A stretch of DNA of 64,000 bases from a virus: the IMG/VR virus record IMGVR_UViG_3300008262_000016; one strand, given 5' to 3'. Shown here piece by piece: positions 29,447 to 39,201 of the stretch. The notes beneath the pieces are model-generated. The model saw only the letters and a list, made by a program, of their open reading frames with translations. It was not told the origin of the DNA and made no database searches. Both the position numbers and the translations under genes were made by a program. Positions within the stretch are counted from its first letter, which is position 1, and the number at the start of each line of letters is the position of its first letter.

Positions 29447-29818
29447 TTAAGAAAAATTATTTCTTCTCGGACGATATTTAAATAGGTTTACTGGTGGATC
29501 TGGTTTCATCCACTCTTCTATTTTATTGATCCTTTCTTCACTATAAAATTCTTGCTGAACATACCACAGTTTCCAATGCTCGTACCCCTTATCTTGATTA
29601 CAGGAGTGACAGCAGCAAACTACATTCTTTGTGAAGTCCATTCCACCTTTGGACTGTGGAACAATGTGGTCTATTGTGAGATTTTCTCCTGATCCACAAT
29701 AAGCACATTGATGATTCCATTGCTCTTTTATATGTTTCTTCCACATTCGTTTTGCCTCTCCAGAACTTGTTGTGTATAGATTAAACAAGTATTCTTTTGG
29801 AGAGTGTAGAGGTCCCAT
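29447..29818 (-). CDS. HNH endonuclease
   Basis: CAYCG....TIDHIVPQSKGG....NVVCCCHSCNQDK. Confidence 0.9.
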   Translation of the reverse strand: MGPLHSPKEYLFNLYTTSSGEAKRMWKKHIKEQWNHQCAYCGSGENLTIDHIVPQSKGGMDFTKNVVCCCHSCNQDKGYEHWKLWYVQQEFYSEERINKIEEWMKPDPPVNLFKYRPRRNNFS

Positions 29819-29948
29819 AAATTACTGCGACTTATCTATATTTATTCTCTTACATGCTCCTCGTGCCCATGCCCGTGCCATACTATCTACATGAGAGCAA
29901 AGTTTACCAGACTCACCACAATAAGGACACTTGGAATCCTTTGGGTCA

Positions 29949-30272
29949 TTAGGGTACGAAAACTTTGGCATCGCTCTGGTTTAATTGTTTTTGATTTTCA
30001 ACACCAAACGCATCATCAAATTCTTCATATATTTCCTTCCAAGAACCACCAACACCACCATCCATATTGACGACAATCTCATTGGTTGGAAGTGCCTTTG
30101 GAGTTTCAATATCTATTACCTGGTCCATCAGCACCTTGTTTTTTACAATCTCACGATTTGGTCCGTCCAGACTCATCATCATTCTTGCATCTTCAAAACT
30201 ACCACAGTCACAAATTTTTTTATGAGTTCTTCTTTCTCTTACTGTAAAGTGCTCGTCATTATACTTTTTCAT
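29949..30272 (-). CDS. hypothetical protein
   Basis: ORF track; overlaps the upstream gene. Confidence 0.55.
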   Translation of the reverse strand: MKKYNDEHFTVRERRTHKKICDCGSFEDARMMMSLDGPNREIVKNKVLMDQVIDIETPKALPTNEIVVNMDGGVGGSWKEIYEEFDDAFGVENQKQLNQSDAKVFVP

Positions 30273-30540
30273 TATTAGGTTGCGAAGGAACTACTGGACT
30301 TCTACTTTTATTTTTAATTACAATGAAGGCATCATTCTGATAGGAAATTGTTCCGTATGGTTTTGACCACTTTGGATTTGCACTTTCGGTTTGCTTAATA
30401 CCACTGAAAGCAACTCCACCGATTTCAACAGCAATATCATCATCAGCAGTCCATTTCAATTTTTGAAGAGCACTATTAAGATGTTCTACCCAATCAGCAC
30501 TTCTCATTACATTTTCCTCAGGTTCAAGGTTTCCGATCAT
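30259..30540 (-). CDS. conserved cyanophage hypothetical protein
   Basis: VEIGG...SGI......NPKWSKPYGT..YQNDAFIVIKN. Confidence 0.6.
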   Translation of the reverse strand: MIGNLEPEENVMRSADWVEHLNSALQKLKWTADDDIAVEIGGVAFSGIKQTESANPKWSKPYGTISYQNDAFIVIKNKSRSPVVPSQPNNEKV

Positions 30541-30563
30541 CTGGTTTTTCTAGTCTCTCTTCA

Positions 30564-30818
30564 TTATACTTCTTTTTTGGCGGTCTGTAAAGATTTGGCC
30601 AAGTATCCCGTATTATCTCTGCGAGTTTGTATGGTGTTTCCGTTGTTATCATTCCAGTGTCTTATTGCGTTTGCTACGATTGCGATATTTGTAATCAGGT
30701 ATGTGATAAAAATAAGGGTGCGTATAATAGCAATAGTATCAGACTCTCTATCGTTTTTACCTGACTTCTCGCCAAGTGCTTTTGCCCACAAACGCCAGAG
30801 TGTTTTTTGTTTCTTCAT
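30564..30818 (-). CDS. small membrane protein
   Basis: WRLWAKALGEK...D.IAIIRT.IF..Y..TN..IVA..IRHW. Confidence 0.65.
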   Translation of the reverse strand: MKKQKTLWRLWAKALGEKSGKNDRESDTIAIIRTLIFITYLITNIAIVANAIRHWNDNNGNTIQTRRDNTGYLAKSLQTAKKEV

Positions 30819-30869
30819 AGAGTTAAAAAAAGACCCCTTTGAGGGGGGGTCTTGTATTATACGACATAT

Positions 30870-31931
30870 TTAGAGAGCATTCCCTCTTGGGAGAACCTCA
30901 TCTGGAAATACAAAATTTTCATGAATCTGATCCACAGGAGCCATCCAAGCACGCAAGCCCTCGTTTAATAATATATTCTTCGTGTAGAAAGTTTCAAACT
31001 CTGGATCTTCTGCCGCTCTAACTTCCTGAGATACAAAATCATAAGCTCTTAGGTTAAGAGCAAGACCAATGATGCCGATAGAAGAAGTCCAAAGGCCCAT
31101 AACGGGTACAAAAAGCATAAAGAAATGCAGCCAACGTTTATTAGAAAAAGCAATACCAAAGATCTGGGACCAAAATCTGTTGGCAGTAACCATTGAATAA
31201 GTTTCTTCTTCTTGGGTAGGCTCAAACGCTTTGAAAGTATTTGATTGATCACTGTCTTCATAAAGTGTGTTCTCAACTGTTGCACCGTGAATAGCACAGA
31301 GTAGTGCTCCTCCTAGTATACCAGCAACTCCCATCATATGGAAGGGGTTTAGCGTCCAATTGTGGAAACCCTGAAGGAACAGAAGGAACCTGAAGATAGC
31401 AGCAACACCAAAGGAAGGTGCGAAGAACCAACTGGATTGACCCAGAGGATACATCAGGAATACGCTGACGAACACAGCAATAGGACCTGAGAATGCGATT
31501 GCGTTATAAGGTCTGATACCAACCAGGCGAGCAATCTCAAACTGGCGAAGCATGAAACCTATAAGGGCAAAGGCTCCGTGGAGCGCCACAAAAGTCCAGA
31601 GTCCCCCAAGTTGGAACCAACGGACGATATCTCCCTGAGACTCTGGACCCCAAAGTAAAAGAAGAGAATGACCCATAGAATCTGCAGGCGACGACACAGC
31701 AGCTGTAAGGAAATTAGCGCCCTCAAGGTAACTAGACGCCAACCCGTGGGTGTACCAGCTTGTAACAAACGTCGTGCCAGTAAGCCAGCCACCAAGGGCA
31801 AGATAAGCAGTGGGAAAAAGTAGTAGTCCAGACCAACCCACAAATATGAAGCGATCGCGTTTAAGCCAGTCATCAAGGACATCGAACCAACCTCTCTGTG
31901 AAATGGGCGGTGAAAGAGTTGAAGAAGTCAT
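30870..31931 (-). CDS. psbD: photosystem II D2 protein
   Basis: Full-length D2, [16 protein letters not shown]...EVLPRGNAL. Confidence 0.99.
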   Translation of the reverse strand: MTSSTLSPPISQRGWFDVLDDWLKRDRFIFVGWSGLLLFPTAYLALGGWLTGTTFVTSWYTHGLASSYLEGANFLTAAVSSPADSMGHSLLLLWGPESQGDIVRWFQLGGLWTFVALHGAFALIGFMLRQFEIARLVGIRPYNAIAFSGPIAVFVSVFLMYPLGQSSWFFAPSFGVAAIFRFLLFLQGFHNWTLNPFHMMGVAGILGGALLCAIHGATVENTLYEDSDQSNTFKAFEPTQEEETYSMVTANRFWSQIFGIAFSNKRWLHFFMLFVPVMGLWTSSIGIIGLALNLRAYDFVSQEVRAAEDPEFETFYTKNILLNEGLRAWMAPVDQIHENFVFPDEVLPRGNAL

Positions 31932-31957
31932 AACCTCCTGTATCGTTTCTCATATTT

Positions 31958-31986
31958 ATCTTAACATTCCTTAACAAAGAAGTCAA
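31958..31986 (-). promoter_or_regulatory. psbD sigma70-type promoter
   Basis: TTGACT-N17-TAAGAT, overlapping TTAACA direct repeats. Confidence 0.55.
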
Positions 31987-31999
31987 TGGGTGTTTGTGC

Positions 32000-32122
32000 T
32001 CATCCCCAATAAATGACGCTAAGAGTGAACGCAACGAAAATAATAACTGTGAATATCATCATACCTACACCTGCCCAGATGACCCAGTTAGGCATAGGTT
32101 CGTTTTCGGTATTATGAGACAT
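32000..32122 (-). CDS. 40-aa membrane peptide
   Basis: MSHNTENEPMPNWVIWAGVGMMIFTVIIFVAFTLSVIYWG. Confidence 0.5.
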   Translation of the reverse strand: MSHNTENEPMPNWVIWAGVGMMIFTVIIFVAFTLSVIYWG

Positions 32123-32130
32123 TAGTTTTA

Positions 32131-32709
32131 TTACAAACAACTATTAGCATATTCTATGATTTCTTGTATTGGAAGTTCTTTTACAAAATGCTCTGACCCT
32201 CCTATTATACCATCAATCTTTTTTTGATACTGCTTATAAGTATCCAAGATATATCTTTCACACTCAAATACTTTTTTGTGGGACGCTTTCCATTCGCCAA
32301 GTTCTTTTACAGTTTCAGTAAAGCGATATTTTATTCCGTGAAAAGACCTACCTATTTTATAAGTTCCGTATATGGTTTCAATAAAATATAAGTAATCTTC
32401 TCTATCAGACCATTCCTCCTTAAAACCGAAAAATCCATAACTTTTTGATATACCAACCGTTCCAGCATTCCAAGTTGGTTTCCCAAATGCTGGATTATTT
32501 TTACCAAGTTTTGATTTTCTTTTGCAACAAAATGCTTCTCCACCTTTTTCATAGGTGAAAATAAAGTTTCTTATACTCATATTTCTCTGTCCTGTGCAAG
32601 GGCATTTAACCACTACATCGGTTGAGCGACGCACAAGTCTTTCAGGAAGGTAGATAAGTTCTAAACCCCGTCTTTCACATTCAGATATTACTAATTCGTG
32701 GAGGTCCAT
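32131..32709 (-). CDS. putative free-standing endonuclease (GIY-YIG/T5orf172-like) downstream of psbA
   Basis: YLYFIE...YKIGRS...R, E..I, G.SEHF; NUMOD-like GKNNPAFGK; TATAAATA at 32736-32743. Confidence 0.6.
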   Translation of the reverse strand: MDLHELVISECERRGLELIYLPERLVRRSTDVVVKCPCTGQRNMSIRNFIFTYEKGGEAFCCKRKSKLGKNNPAFGKPTWNAGTVGISKSYGFFGFKEEWSDREDYLYFIETIYGTYKIGRSFHGIKYRFTETVKELGEWKASHKKVFECERYILDTYKQYQKKIDGIIGGSEHFVKELPIQEIIEYANSCL

Positions 32710-32795
32710 AAAGGTTGCTCATAACTTTCCAAAACTATTTATAAAAAAAGGACCCTTTTGGGGTCCCTTAATTATATCATATATTTGGTTTTATA

Positions 32796-32867
32796 TCAAC
32801 CAATTGCAGGTGCGGTGAGTGCAACAGGAGTTGACTCGGCAGCAGCAAGATCAAGTGGGAAATTGTG
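32796..32867 (-). CDS. psbA: psbA 3' exon (His337 to stop)
   Basis: [23 protein letters not shown], preceded by a terminal G. Confidence 0.93.
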   Translation of the reverse strand, partial: HNFPLDLAAAESTPVALTAPAIG

Positions 32868-33013
32868 CAAATGTGTTATCGTAAAGACTCTTTATTCTTT
32901 ACTTCTTACTGTCGCCAGTAAGTTCAGACTATCTCTTCATCCTTATGTTTATTAAGGAGTCGGGCATTCGTGGGTAGATTATTGTTGGGACTCACTACCT
33001 AGTCGTTAGACCT
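32868..33013 (-). mobile_element. 3' half of a phage-type group I intron
   Basis: AAGGTCTAACGACTA (R-like), P8 TCCTTA/TAAGGA, GAAGAGATAGTCT (S-like), P9 CTTACTG-GCGA-CAGTAAG, terminal G; no P1-P5 visible. Confidence 0.8.
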
Positions 33014-34003
33014 TACCTCCATGCCCAGTCCAGCACGGTTGAGAACATCAGCCCAAGTGTTAATAACTTTTCCTTGACTATCAACAATAGACTGGTTGAA
33101 ATTAAAGCCGTTGAGGTTGAAAGCCATCGTGGAAACACCAAGAGCGGTGAACCAGATGCCTACAACAGGCCAGGCAGCAAGGAAGAAGTGCAGCGAACGG
33201 GAGTTATTAAAGGAAGCATATTGAAAAATAAGGCGACCGAAATAACCGTGAGCGGCTACAATGTTGTAGGTCTCTTCTTCTTGTCCGAACTTGTATCCAT
33301 AGTTCTGTGACTCATTCTCTGTCGTCTCGCGGACAAGAGAAGAGGTGACAAGAGATCCATGCATAGCAGAGAAAAGAGAACCACCGAAGACCCCAGCAAC
33401 TCCCAGCATGTGGAAAGGATGCATAAGAATGTTGTGTTCTGCCTGGAAAACAAGCATGTAGTTGAAAGTGCCTGAAATCCCCAGAGGCATCGCATCAGAG
33501 AAGGATCCTTGACCGAAGGGATAGACCAGGAACACTGCGCTAGCAGCAGCAACGGGTGCAGAGTAGGCAACACAAATCCAAGGACGCATACCGAGTCGGT
33601 AAGAAAGTTCCCATTCGCGTCCCATGTAAGCATAGATGCCGATCAGAAAGTGGAAGACGACCAGTTGGAAAGGTCCTCCATTATATAGCCACTCATCTAG
33701 GGAAGAAGCTTCCCAGATGGGGTAAAAGTGCAGTCCAATAGCATTGGACGAAGGAATAACAGCACCAGAGATGATGTTGTTTCCGTACATGAGTGAACCA
33801 GCAACGGGTTCACGGATTCCATCAATGTCCACAGGGGGAGCACCGATGAAGGCGATGATGAAACAAGTCGTAGCAGCAAGCAGGCAAGGAATCATCAGGA
33901 CTCCGAACCAACCGACATAAAGACGATTATCGGTTGAGGTGACCCAGTTGCAGAATTGTTCCCAAGTATTCGATTGTCGTTGTTGTGCAATAGAAGCAGC
34001 CAT
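33014..34003 (-). CDS. psbA: photosystem II D1 protein, 5' exon (residues 1-330)
   Basis: Unmistakable D1 sequence up to RAGLGMEV. Confidence 0.98.
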
Positions 34004-34014
34004 TTTTTTAAAAA

Positions 34015-34125
34015 GATAGTAAGACCATCAGGGAAATGGTGGAGATACTATGCTCCCCGCACCCTTAGCGGGGATATGAGAGACGGATTGGTAACCCTGC
34101 CTAGTCTCGGTCAAGCGGCAGGAGT
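34015..34125 (-). ncRNA. PhotoRC-II RNA motif (psbA 5' UTR)
   Basis: CCTGCCGCTTGACCGAGACTAGGCAGG...CCGTCTCTCATATCC...CACCATTTCCCTGATGGTC directly upstream of psbA. Confidence 0.8.
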
Positions 34126-34175
34126 GTTACAACTTGTTTCGGAAAGTTACATTCCGTAACGTTGTTGATGTATTT

Positions 34176-34204
34176 ATCATACTACGGTTTTGGAGTGGCG
34201 TCAA
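34176..34204 (-). promoter_or_regulatory. psbA promoter
   Basis: TTGACG-N17-TATGAT. Confidence 0.65.
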
Positions 34205-34365
34205 GCCCTATATTCCTCTATCTTGTCCAGGACCTTATTGAGATACTCGTGAGCAAGATACTTGGGATCATGGCAAGGTTTATTCATCCACTCATTATCC
34301 AAGTCTCTTTTGATTTTGAGGACCTCACATTTTATGGTCTCCTTTGTAAGTTGTCCTCTAGGCAT
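34201..34365 (-). CDS. conserved small cyanophage protein (54 aa)
   Basis: MPRGQLTKETIKCEVLKIK...LAHEYLNKVLDKIEEYRA. Confidence 0.6.
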   Translation of the reverse strand: MPRGQLTKETIKCEVLKIKRDLDNEWMNKPCHDPKYLAHEYLNKVLDKIEEYRA

Positions 34366-34423
34366 ATACAAAAAAACTCTGCTGCTTATTTAGCAACAGA
34401 GTTAAGTATTATTACTTATTCTA

Positions 34424-34951
34424 TCAAACTGGTGCGGTTTCCCTCACAGTTGTCTTTACATACTCAAGAACGTTTTCTGGTGTCGATACTTCGTATGGAT
34501 CGGTGTCTGCGTTGTCACGGAAACCGTCTTCAAGGAATAGTTTTTCGATGATTCCGTTATCCACAACCGCAGCATAACGCCAAGAACGCTGACCGAAACC
34601 AAGGTTAGACTTGTTGACCAGATAACCCATGCTTCTGGTGAAATAGGCATTTCCATCGGGGATAAGTTTTACTTTTTCAATATTTTGATCTTGTGCCCAG
34701 GCATTCATAACAAAGCCGTCATTAACAGCCAAGCAGTAAATAGCGTCGATGCCAAGAGCAGCAAATTCATCGTAGTTTTCCTCGAATCCTGGGAGTTGAT
34801 AAGCACTACAAGTAGGAGTGAATGCACCAGGCAGACTGAAAATAACGACTCGCTTGTTATCAAACAGTTCTGAAGTAGTGCGGGTTACAAACTCACCGTT
34901 CTCACGGAAAACAAATTGGACTTGTGGGACTTGAAAATCTTCTTTACGCAT
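34424..34951 (-). CDS. peroxiredoxin (type II/Prx5-like)
   Basis: FSLPGAFTPTCS, VNDGFVMNAW, PDGN..FT, RSWRYA. Confidence 0.93.
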   Translation of the reverse strand: MRKEDFQVPQVQFVFRENGEFVTRTTSELFDNKRVVIFSLPGAFTPTCSAYQLPGFEENYDEFAALGIDAIYCLAVNDGFVMNAWAQDQNIEKVKLIPDGNAYFTRSMGYLVNKSNLGFGQRSWRYAAVVDNGIIEKLFLEDGFRDNADTDPYEVSTPENVLEYVKTTVRETAPV

Positions 34952-34964
34952 CTTTACCTCCATC

Positions 34965-35072
34965 TCACCACACACCCGGAATCACTTGACCAGTCAGGGC
35001 ATAGGACCCCATTGCGGCAACGATTCCGATCATTGCGAACCAACCGTTAATGCGTTCTGCTCTTTCGTTCAT
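34965..35072 (-). CDS. hli: high-light-inducible protein
   Basis: MNERAERINGWFAMIGIVAAMGSYALTGQVIPGVW (ExxNG motif). Confidence 0.9.
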   Translation of the reverse strand: MNERAERINGWFAMIGIVAAMGSYALTGQVIPGVW

Positions 35073-35089
35073 TGTTTTACTCCTAAAAA

Positions 35090-35380
35090 TTAAAGGTTTT
35101 CTTCTTGCTCGGTAAGAATCACACAGTCGCTAGTAGGATAAGCGGTACAGGTGAGAATCCAACCGTCTGCTACTTGATCGTCATCCAGGAATGACTGCTC
35201 TTCATTATCTACGGTTCCTTCTACGAGTTTACCAGCACAGGCGGAACAAGCGCCAGCACGGCACGATGCAGGAAGGTCAATACCTGCCTCTTCTGCCGCT
35301 TCAAGAATATACTGATCGCTCGCACACTGAATGGTGGTTTCGGAGCCGTCGGGAGAGCGGAGAGTAACATTGTAAGTCAT
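35090..35380 (-). CDS. petF: plant-type [2Fe-2S] ferredoxin
   Basis: CRAGACSAC...LTC. Confidence 0.96.
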   Translation of the reverse strand: MTYNVTLRSPDGSETTIQCASDQYILEAAEEAGIDLPASCRAGACSACAGKLVEGTVDNEEQSFLDDDQVADGWILTCTAYPTSDCVILTEQEENL

Positions 35381-35392
35381 AGGTAGAAATAC

Positions 35393-35587
35393 TTAGAAAA
35401 TACCAAAGAACAGTTTACCAGTAGTTGCGTAAGAAATCAAGCCTGCTACGATACCCATCATTGCCCAGCGACCATTGGTGCGCTCCTTGACCATGTTAGG
35501 GGTAATCTGCCCGTAGTTTTCATAATACATTACAGGTTCTTTGGCAAACATGTTCTGCTGCCCATACTCATTAGTTGTTACAGTCAT
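35393..35587 (-). CDS. hli: high-light-inducible protein
   Basis: MTVTTNEYGQQNMFAKEP...ERTNGRWAMMG. Confidence 0.9.
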   Translation of the reverse strand: MTVTTNEYGQQNMFAKEPVMYYENYGQITPNMVKERTNGRWAMMGIVAGLISYATTGKLFFGIF

Positions 35588-35685
35588 TGTAGTTTTGTGA
35601 AGAACTGTTACAACATTATATAGCAAAAATAAAGGGGACGCAATCCCCCTGTGTTACGGTTTCCCGATATATTGAGTATAAATGC

Positions 35686-36483
35686 TTACTTTCCTTCAAA
35701 TCCTGGAGGTAATGTTCCAAAATAAGGATCATAGTCAAATATAACATTCCAATCTGGAATATCAATAGCTTGAGTTTTCCAGAAGTTCCAAAGACCATCA
35801 TGACTACTTCTATGAAAAATATCTACATGAATGTCATGAATATCAGAACCAAGTTCTACCTTGTAAAGGAACAGGGGAATAGCAAAAGTATTTCCAGAAT
35901 TATAGATTAAGTCATCAGCTACTGCTCTGGGTTTAACACCTTGATCTAACTTATACTTGTCTTCACGACAATGCAAATCGATAAGTTTCTGGGCATGATG
36001 TCTTGTAATCATATAGCAGGCAGTAGAAAAGTCATTTACGAACCTCCGATGGAGTTTCATATGAACTTGTGCTGGGTTGATAATAGCGAGTTGAATAACA
36101 TCATAGTCATAAGGAACCTTAGAGTAAAAGTCCCTCCATTTAAATGGCCAATGCGATGCTGTAGAAATATCACAGTCATCTTCCATCACCAAAGCACATG
36201 GTGCATCTGATGTTTCTAGAAAATGCTTCATTGCCTTAAGATGAGATGTTACACATCCAACCTCACCAGAAGTCATGTTATCAGGATACCTACCCTTGAT
36301 AATATCACTCAGGTCATCTTCTCTACCATCATATGCTGAGATACGAGTGTAGTCTTCTATCTCCCAGTATTTGAACTGGTCTTCCATATACTTCCACCTA
36401 TCAGGTTTTCCATCAAGGTTGATACAATAAATGGGAGGAAGTCCTTTAAGTTTGAATGCTGCCTTATTCTTGTCCATCAACAC
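35686..36483 (-). CDS. glycosyltransferase family 25
   Basis: YCINLD...R, RISAYDG, GEVGCVTSH, MEDD. Confidence 0.88.
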   Translation of the reverse strand: MLMDKNKAAFKLKGLPPIYCINLDGKPDRWKYMEDQFKYWEIEDYTRISAYDGREDDLSDIIKGRYPDNMTSGEVGCVTSHLKAMKHFLETSDAPCALVMEDDCDISTASHWPFKWRDFYSKVPYDYDVIQLAIINPAQVHMKLHRRFVNDFSTACYMITRHHAQKLIDLHCREDKYKLDQGVKPRAVADDLIYNSGNTFAIPLFLYKVELGSDIHDIHVDIFHRSSHDGLWNFWKTQAIDIPDWNVIFDYDPYFGTLPPGFEGK

Positions 36484-37427
36484 TATCGTCCAATAATTTC
36501 TCTTACAGCAGGAATATAGTATTTCCCAATAACTGAAGTCCAGTCAAATTCTTTGGAATATTCTATAATATCATTTCTATGAGAAATAGAGTATTCTCTA
36601 TTCTTTATTATAGCATCTTCAACATATTGAATGTCGTTTATCTTTGACTCAGGAATAACTGTAATGAACTCCTTGTTGATATCAAGGTTTGCTTTACCCC
36701 ACTCACAGACAACCACACCAAGTCCAGCAGCAAGTGCTTCCATACAAACTAGAGGATGTGCCTCACCATCAGACAGAAGAACCAGGTTTCCATACTCAGT
36801 TAGTTCATTAAATAATTTACTCTTTGTCCACTCACCTAAGTAATTTTTACCTGTATCAAATCGTGGATCTGCATTGTTACCAGCAAACCACAAACTGCTG
36901 ATAGACTGAAACAAATGCTGCCTCTTACGATAATCAATCTTTGCTAGGTAGATGCTACGGTCAGGATACTTTGGTTCTTGCACTACTCTAAACTTAGAGG
37001 TATCGACACCGTTAGGGGTCACAAACAACCTTTCACTAGGAATACCAGACATAACCTTATAAACGTTCTTAATGCCCTCAGAGAGGCAGAAAACGTTTGG
37101 TTTAATCTGAGTAAAGGCATTCAGGATATTGATGTATCCATTGAACATCTCTGGGCGTTCAAGATATCCAAAATGACTAGTAATAGCATTTGGATATTGA
37201 ATATAAGGAACGATGGGAATGAACTCATCGTAATGAACATGAACAAAATCAGGTCTAAAGGTGTTTATCTCATCAATGATCTGCCTACCGTCTTTGGTAT
37301 TCACAATATGAACTTCATGTCCAAGTTGCTCTAATGCGTTCTTAGTATCCCATATCAGGATCTCAACAGCACCCCACCCTGTTGGTGGGATAGGCATAAT
37401 ACCAGGTCCTATTAATACAATTCTCAT
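36483..37427 (-). CDS. GT-B (GT4-like) glycosyltransferase
   Basis: PIPPTGWGAVE, PNGVD, EAHPLVCMEALAAG. Confidence 0.85.
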   Translation of the reverse strand: MRIVLIGPGIMPIPPTGWGAVEILIWDTKNALEQLGHEVHIVNTKDGRQIIDEINTFRPDFVHVHYDEFIPIVPYIQYPNAITSHFGYLERPEMFNGYINILNAFTQIKPNVFCLSEGIKNVYKVMSGIPSERLFVTPNGVDTSKFRVVQEPKYPDRSIYLAKIDYRKRQHLFQSISSLWFAGNNADPRFDTGKNYLGEWTKSKLFNELTEYGNLVLLSDGEAHPLVCMEALAAGLGVVVCEWGKANLDINKEFITVIPESKINDIQYVEDAIIKNREYSISHRNDIIEYSKEFDWTSVIGKYYIPAVREIIGR

Positions 37428-38230
37428 TGCTTACCAAGTTCAGTGAACAGTTCCATATGCTTACCATTATACCTCTCAAACACAGAAAAGTCATCAGGAT
37501 ATTTCTTAACCAAATATCCAAAGGCAATTTGTTCGTTATTTACATAACCATTACCTATCATTTCATCAACAAAGATCTCATCCATATACTTAGAAACTTT
37601 CTTGATAGATTCTGGACCACCACCAAACATGGAACCCAGAACGTAAGAGCGATTATCTAACAGATATTCTTTTGGAAGTTCATCGGCACCAGCGAGATCT
37701 TTATAATACTCCATATTCATCTGAATAAGGAAACTATCACCCATCTCATTCAGAGACTCAATAGCACTAGCACTTGGATAGTCATTGGATAGATCATATC
37801 CATCAAAGAAGCGAGAACCACCAGCATCTAACCAGAAGAAATGCTTACTACCATGTGGGTTTTCTTCAATTGCCTGCTCTAACCACTTGAACTTAGAATA
37901 CTGAACAATAGAGTAAAGTGAATGCTTACATTCAATTCTATCTGGATCAGAAATCTTATTAATATATTCCTCAGACTCGATAATAGTATCAATCTTATCT
38001 TTCAGATAATAATAAGGAATCTCTTCTACAGTTTGAACGTTAATAGAAGTTGGTACAGAAAGCCGCCGCTCTTCAATAAACTCTCGAACATCTTCAGTCA
38101 CAAAAAGAACCATAGGGCACTTGAGTTTGAGCATAATATCAAACCACTCTAAGTACTCTTCCCAATTTCTACCATCCATACCCTCACGCGCAATATTGAA
38201 AAGGGCAGATACAATAGTTACGTCTTTCAT
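37424..38230 (-). CDS. HtrL/YibB-family glycosyltransferase-like protein
   Basis: TIVSALFNI.R, SKF.W...AI..NP, FWLDAG, FGG, NEQ. Confidence 0.75.
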   Translation of the reverse strand: MKDVTIVSALFNIAREGMDGRNWEEYLEWFDIMLKLKCPMVLFVTEDVREFIEERRLSVPTSINVQTVEEIPYYYLKDKIDTIIESEEYINKISDPDRIECKHSLYSIVQYSKFKWLEQAIEENPHGSKHFFWLDAGGSRFFDGYDLSNDYPSASAIESLNEMGDSFLIQMNMEYYKDLAGADELPKEYLLDNRSYVLGSMFGGGPESIKKVSKYMDEIFVDEMIGNGYVNNEQIAFGYLVKKYPDDFSVFERYNGKHMELFTELGKQ

Positions 38231-39189
38231 AGCAAACTCATAATAGATTTAATTCTGTTAACGTATGTATGGTTTTCTTGAACATACATCATAGCATTTT
38301 TAATGTACTCATAATCCGTTCTTTTTTCCATAGAATCATAGAACAGTTGTGCAGTATCTTCTTGAAGAATACAATTACCATCAAGTTCTGCATAAACTTC
38401 TGGAGAATTTGTAGTCCCAAGATGACCCCAACTAATAGACTTGAATACCCTACAAGGAACATATCCATTACGAAGATGTTCTGGTCCACGAATATCAACA
38501 CCGATAATTGACTTCTTGGTTCTCGATATAACCTCATCCTCACTTAGAGGATTTGAAAATGGGTCGTTATGAATAAAATCTATTCCATTCTTCTCACATT
38601 CCAAGATAAAAGGTTTGAATGTACTGAAGTTTTCACATCTACCATGAGCAGAAATATTTCCACTGAAATAGATTTTATTTTCTCTAGGGTGGATAATATC
38701 CTCAAAGTTAAATTCGTGTGGAAGAATATTAGTTGCCCAAGTCACATAAAACTTATCATAGTCTTCAATCCAGTACTGATGATAGTTGTTTAAAACTTGA
38801 ACTCGATGATTTTTCTTTGGTTGAAGATAGCAACAAGGTCCAACTTTTTCAACTTTAGTTTTATCTAAAGTATAATCATAGTTGTGATCTTTGTGCCACA
38901 AATGATTATAGCGAACGTCAATAAACTTCTTCACTCCAGCATTGATATACTTTGATGGATCTGGACAGACATGAACAAAGTAGGTACTGGTTTTGTTTAG
39001 CGGAATATTTTTATCAGCAAATCCTTCCGTCCAAAATACACAGTCATCCCAATTAAAGTTATCGGGATATTCACCATCATGGAACCAATATGTTTCATAT
39101 CCCATATAAGTAAATGCTTTATAAAAAGCAGCATGGATATATGAATGTGTATGAGAATGGAGCGGATATCCCCAAATAATAATTTTCAT
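38227..39189 (-). CDS. putative GT-B glycosyltransferase
   Basis: HSHTHSYIH, GYVPCRVFK.ISWG, HTYVNR. Confidence 0.65.
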   Translation of the reverse strand: MKIIIWGYPLHSHTHSYIHAAFYKAFTYMGYETYWFHDGEYPDNFNWDDCVFWTEGFADKNIPLNKTSTYFVHVCPDPSKYINAGVKKFIDVRYNHLWHKDHNYDYTLDKTKVEKVGPCCYLQPKKNHRVQVLNNYHQYWIEDYDKFYVTWATNILPHEFNFEDIIHPRENKIYFSGNISAHGRCENFSTFKPFILECEKNGIDFIHNDPFSNPLSEDEVISRTKKSIIGVDIRGPEHLRNGYVPCRVFKSISWGHLGTTNSPEVYAELDGNCILQEDTAQLFYDSMEKRTDYEYIKNAMMYVQENHTYVNRIKSIMSLL

Positions 39190-39201
39190 TCTTGTTTAAT
39201 T

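Noticed and set aside
33009-33019. GAG|GTAAGG as a spliceosomal donor in psbA
   Set aside because: The host is bacterial, the downstream sequence has group I core elements, and such splicing would not restore MHERNA.
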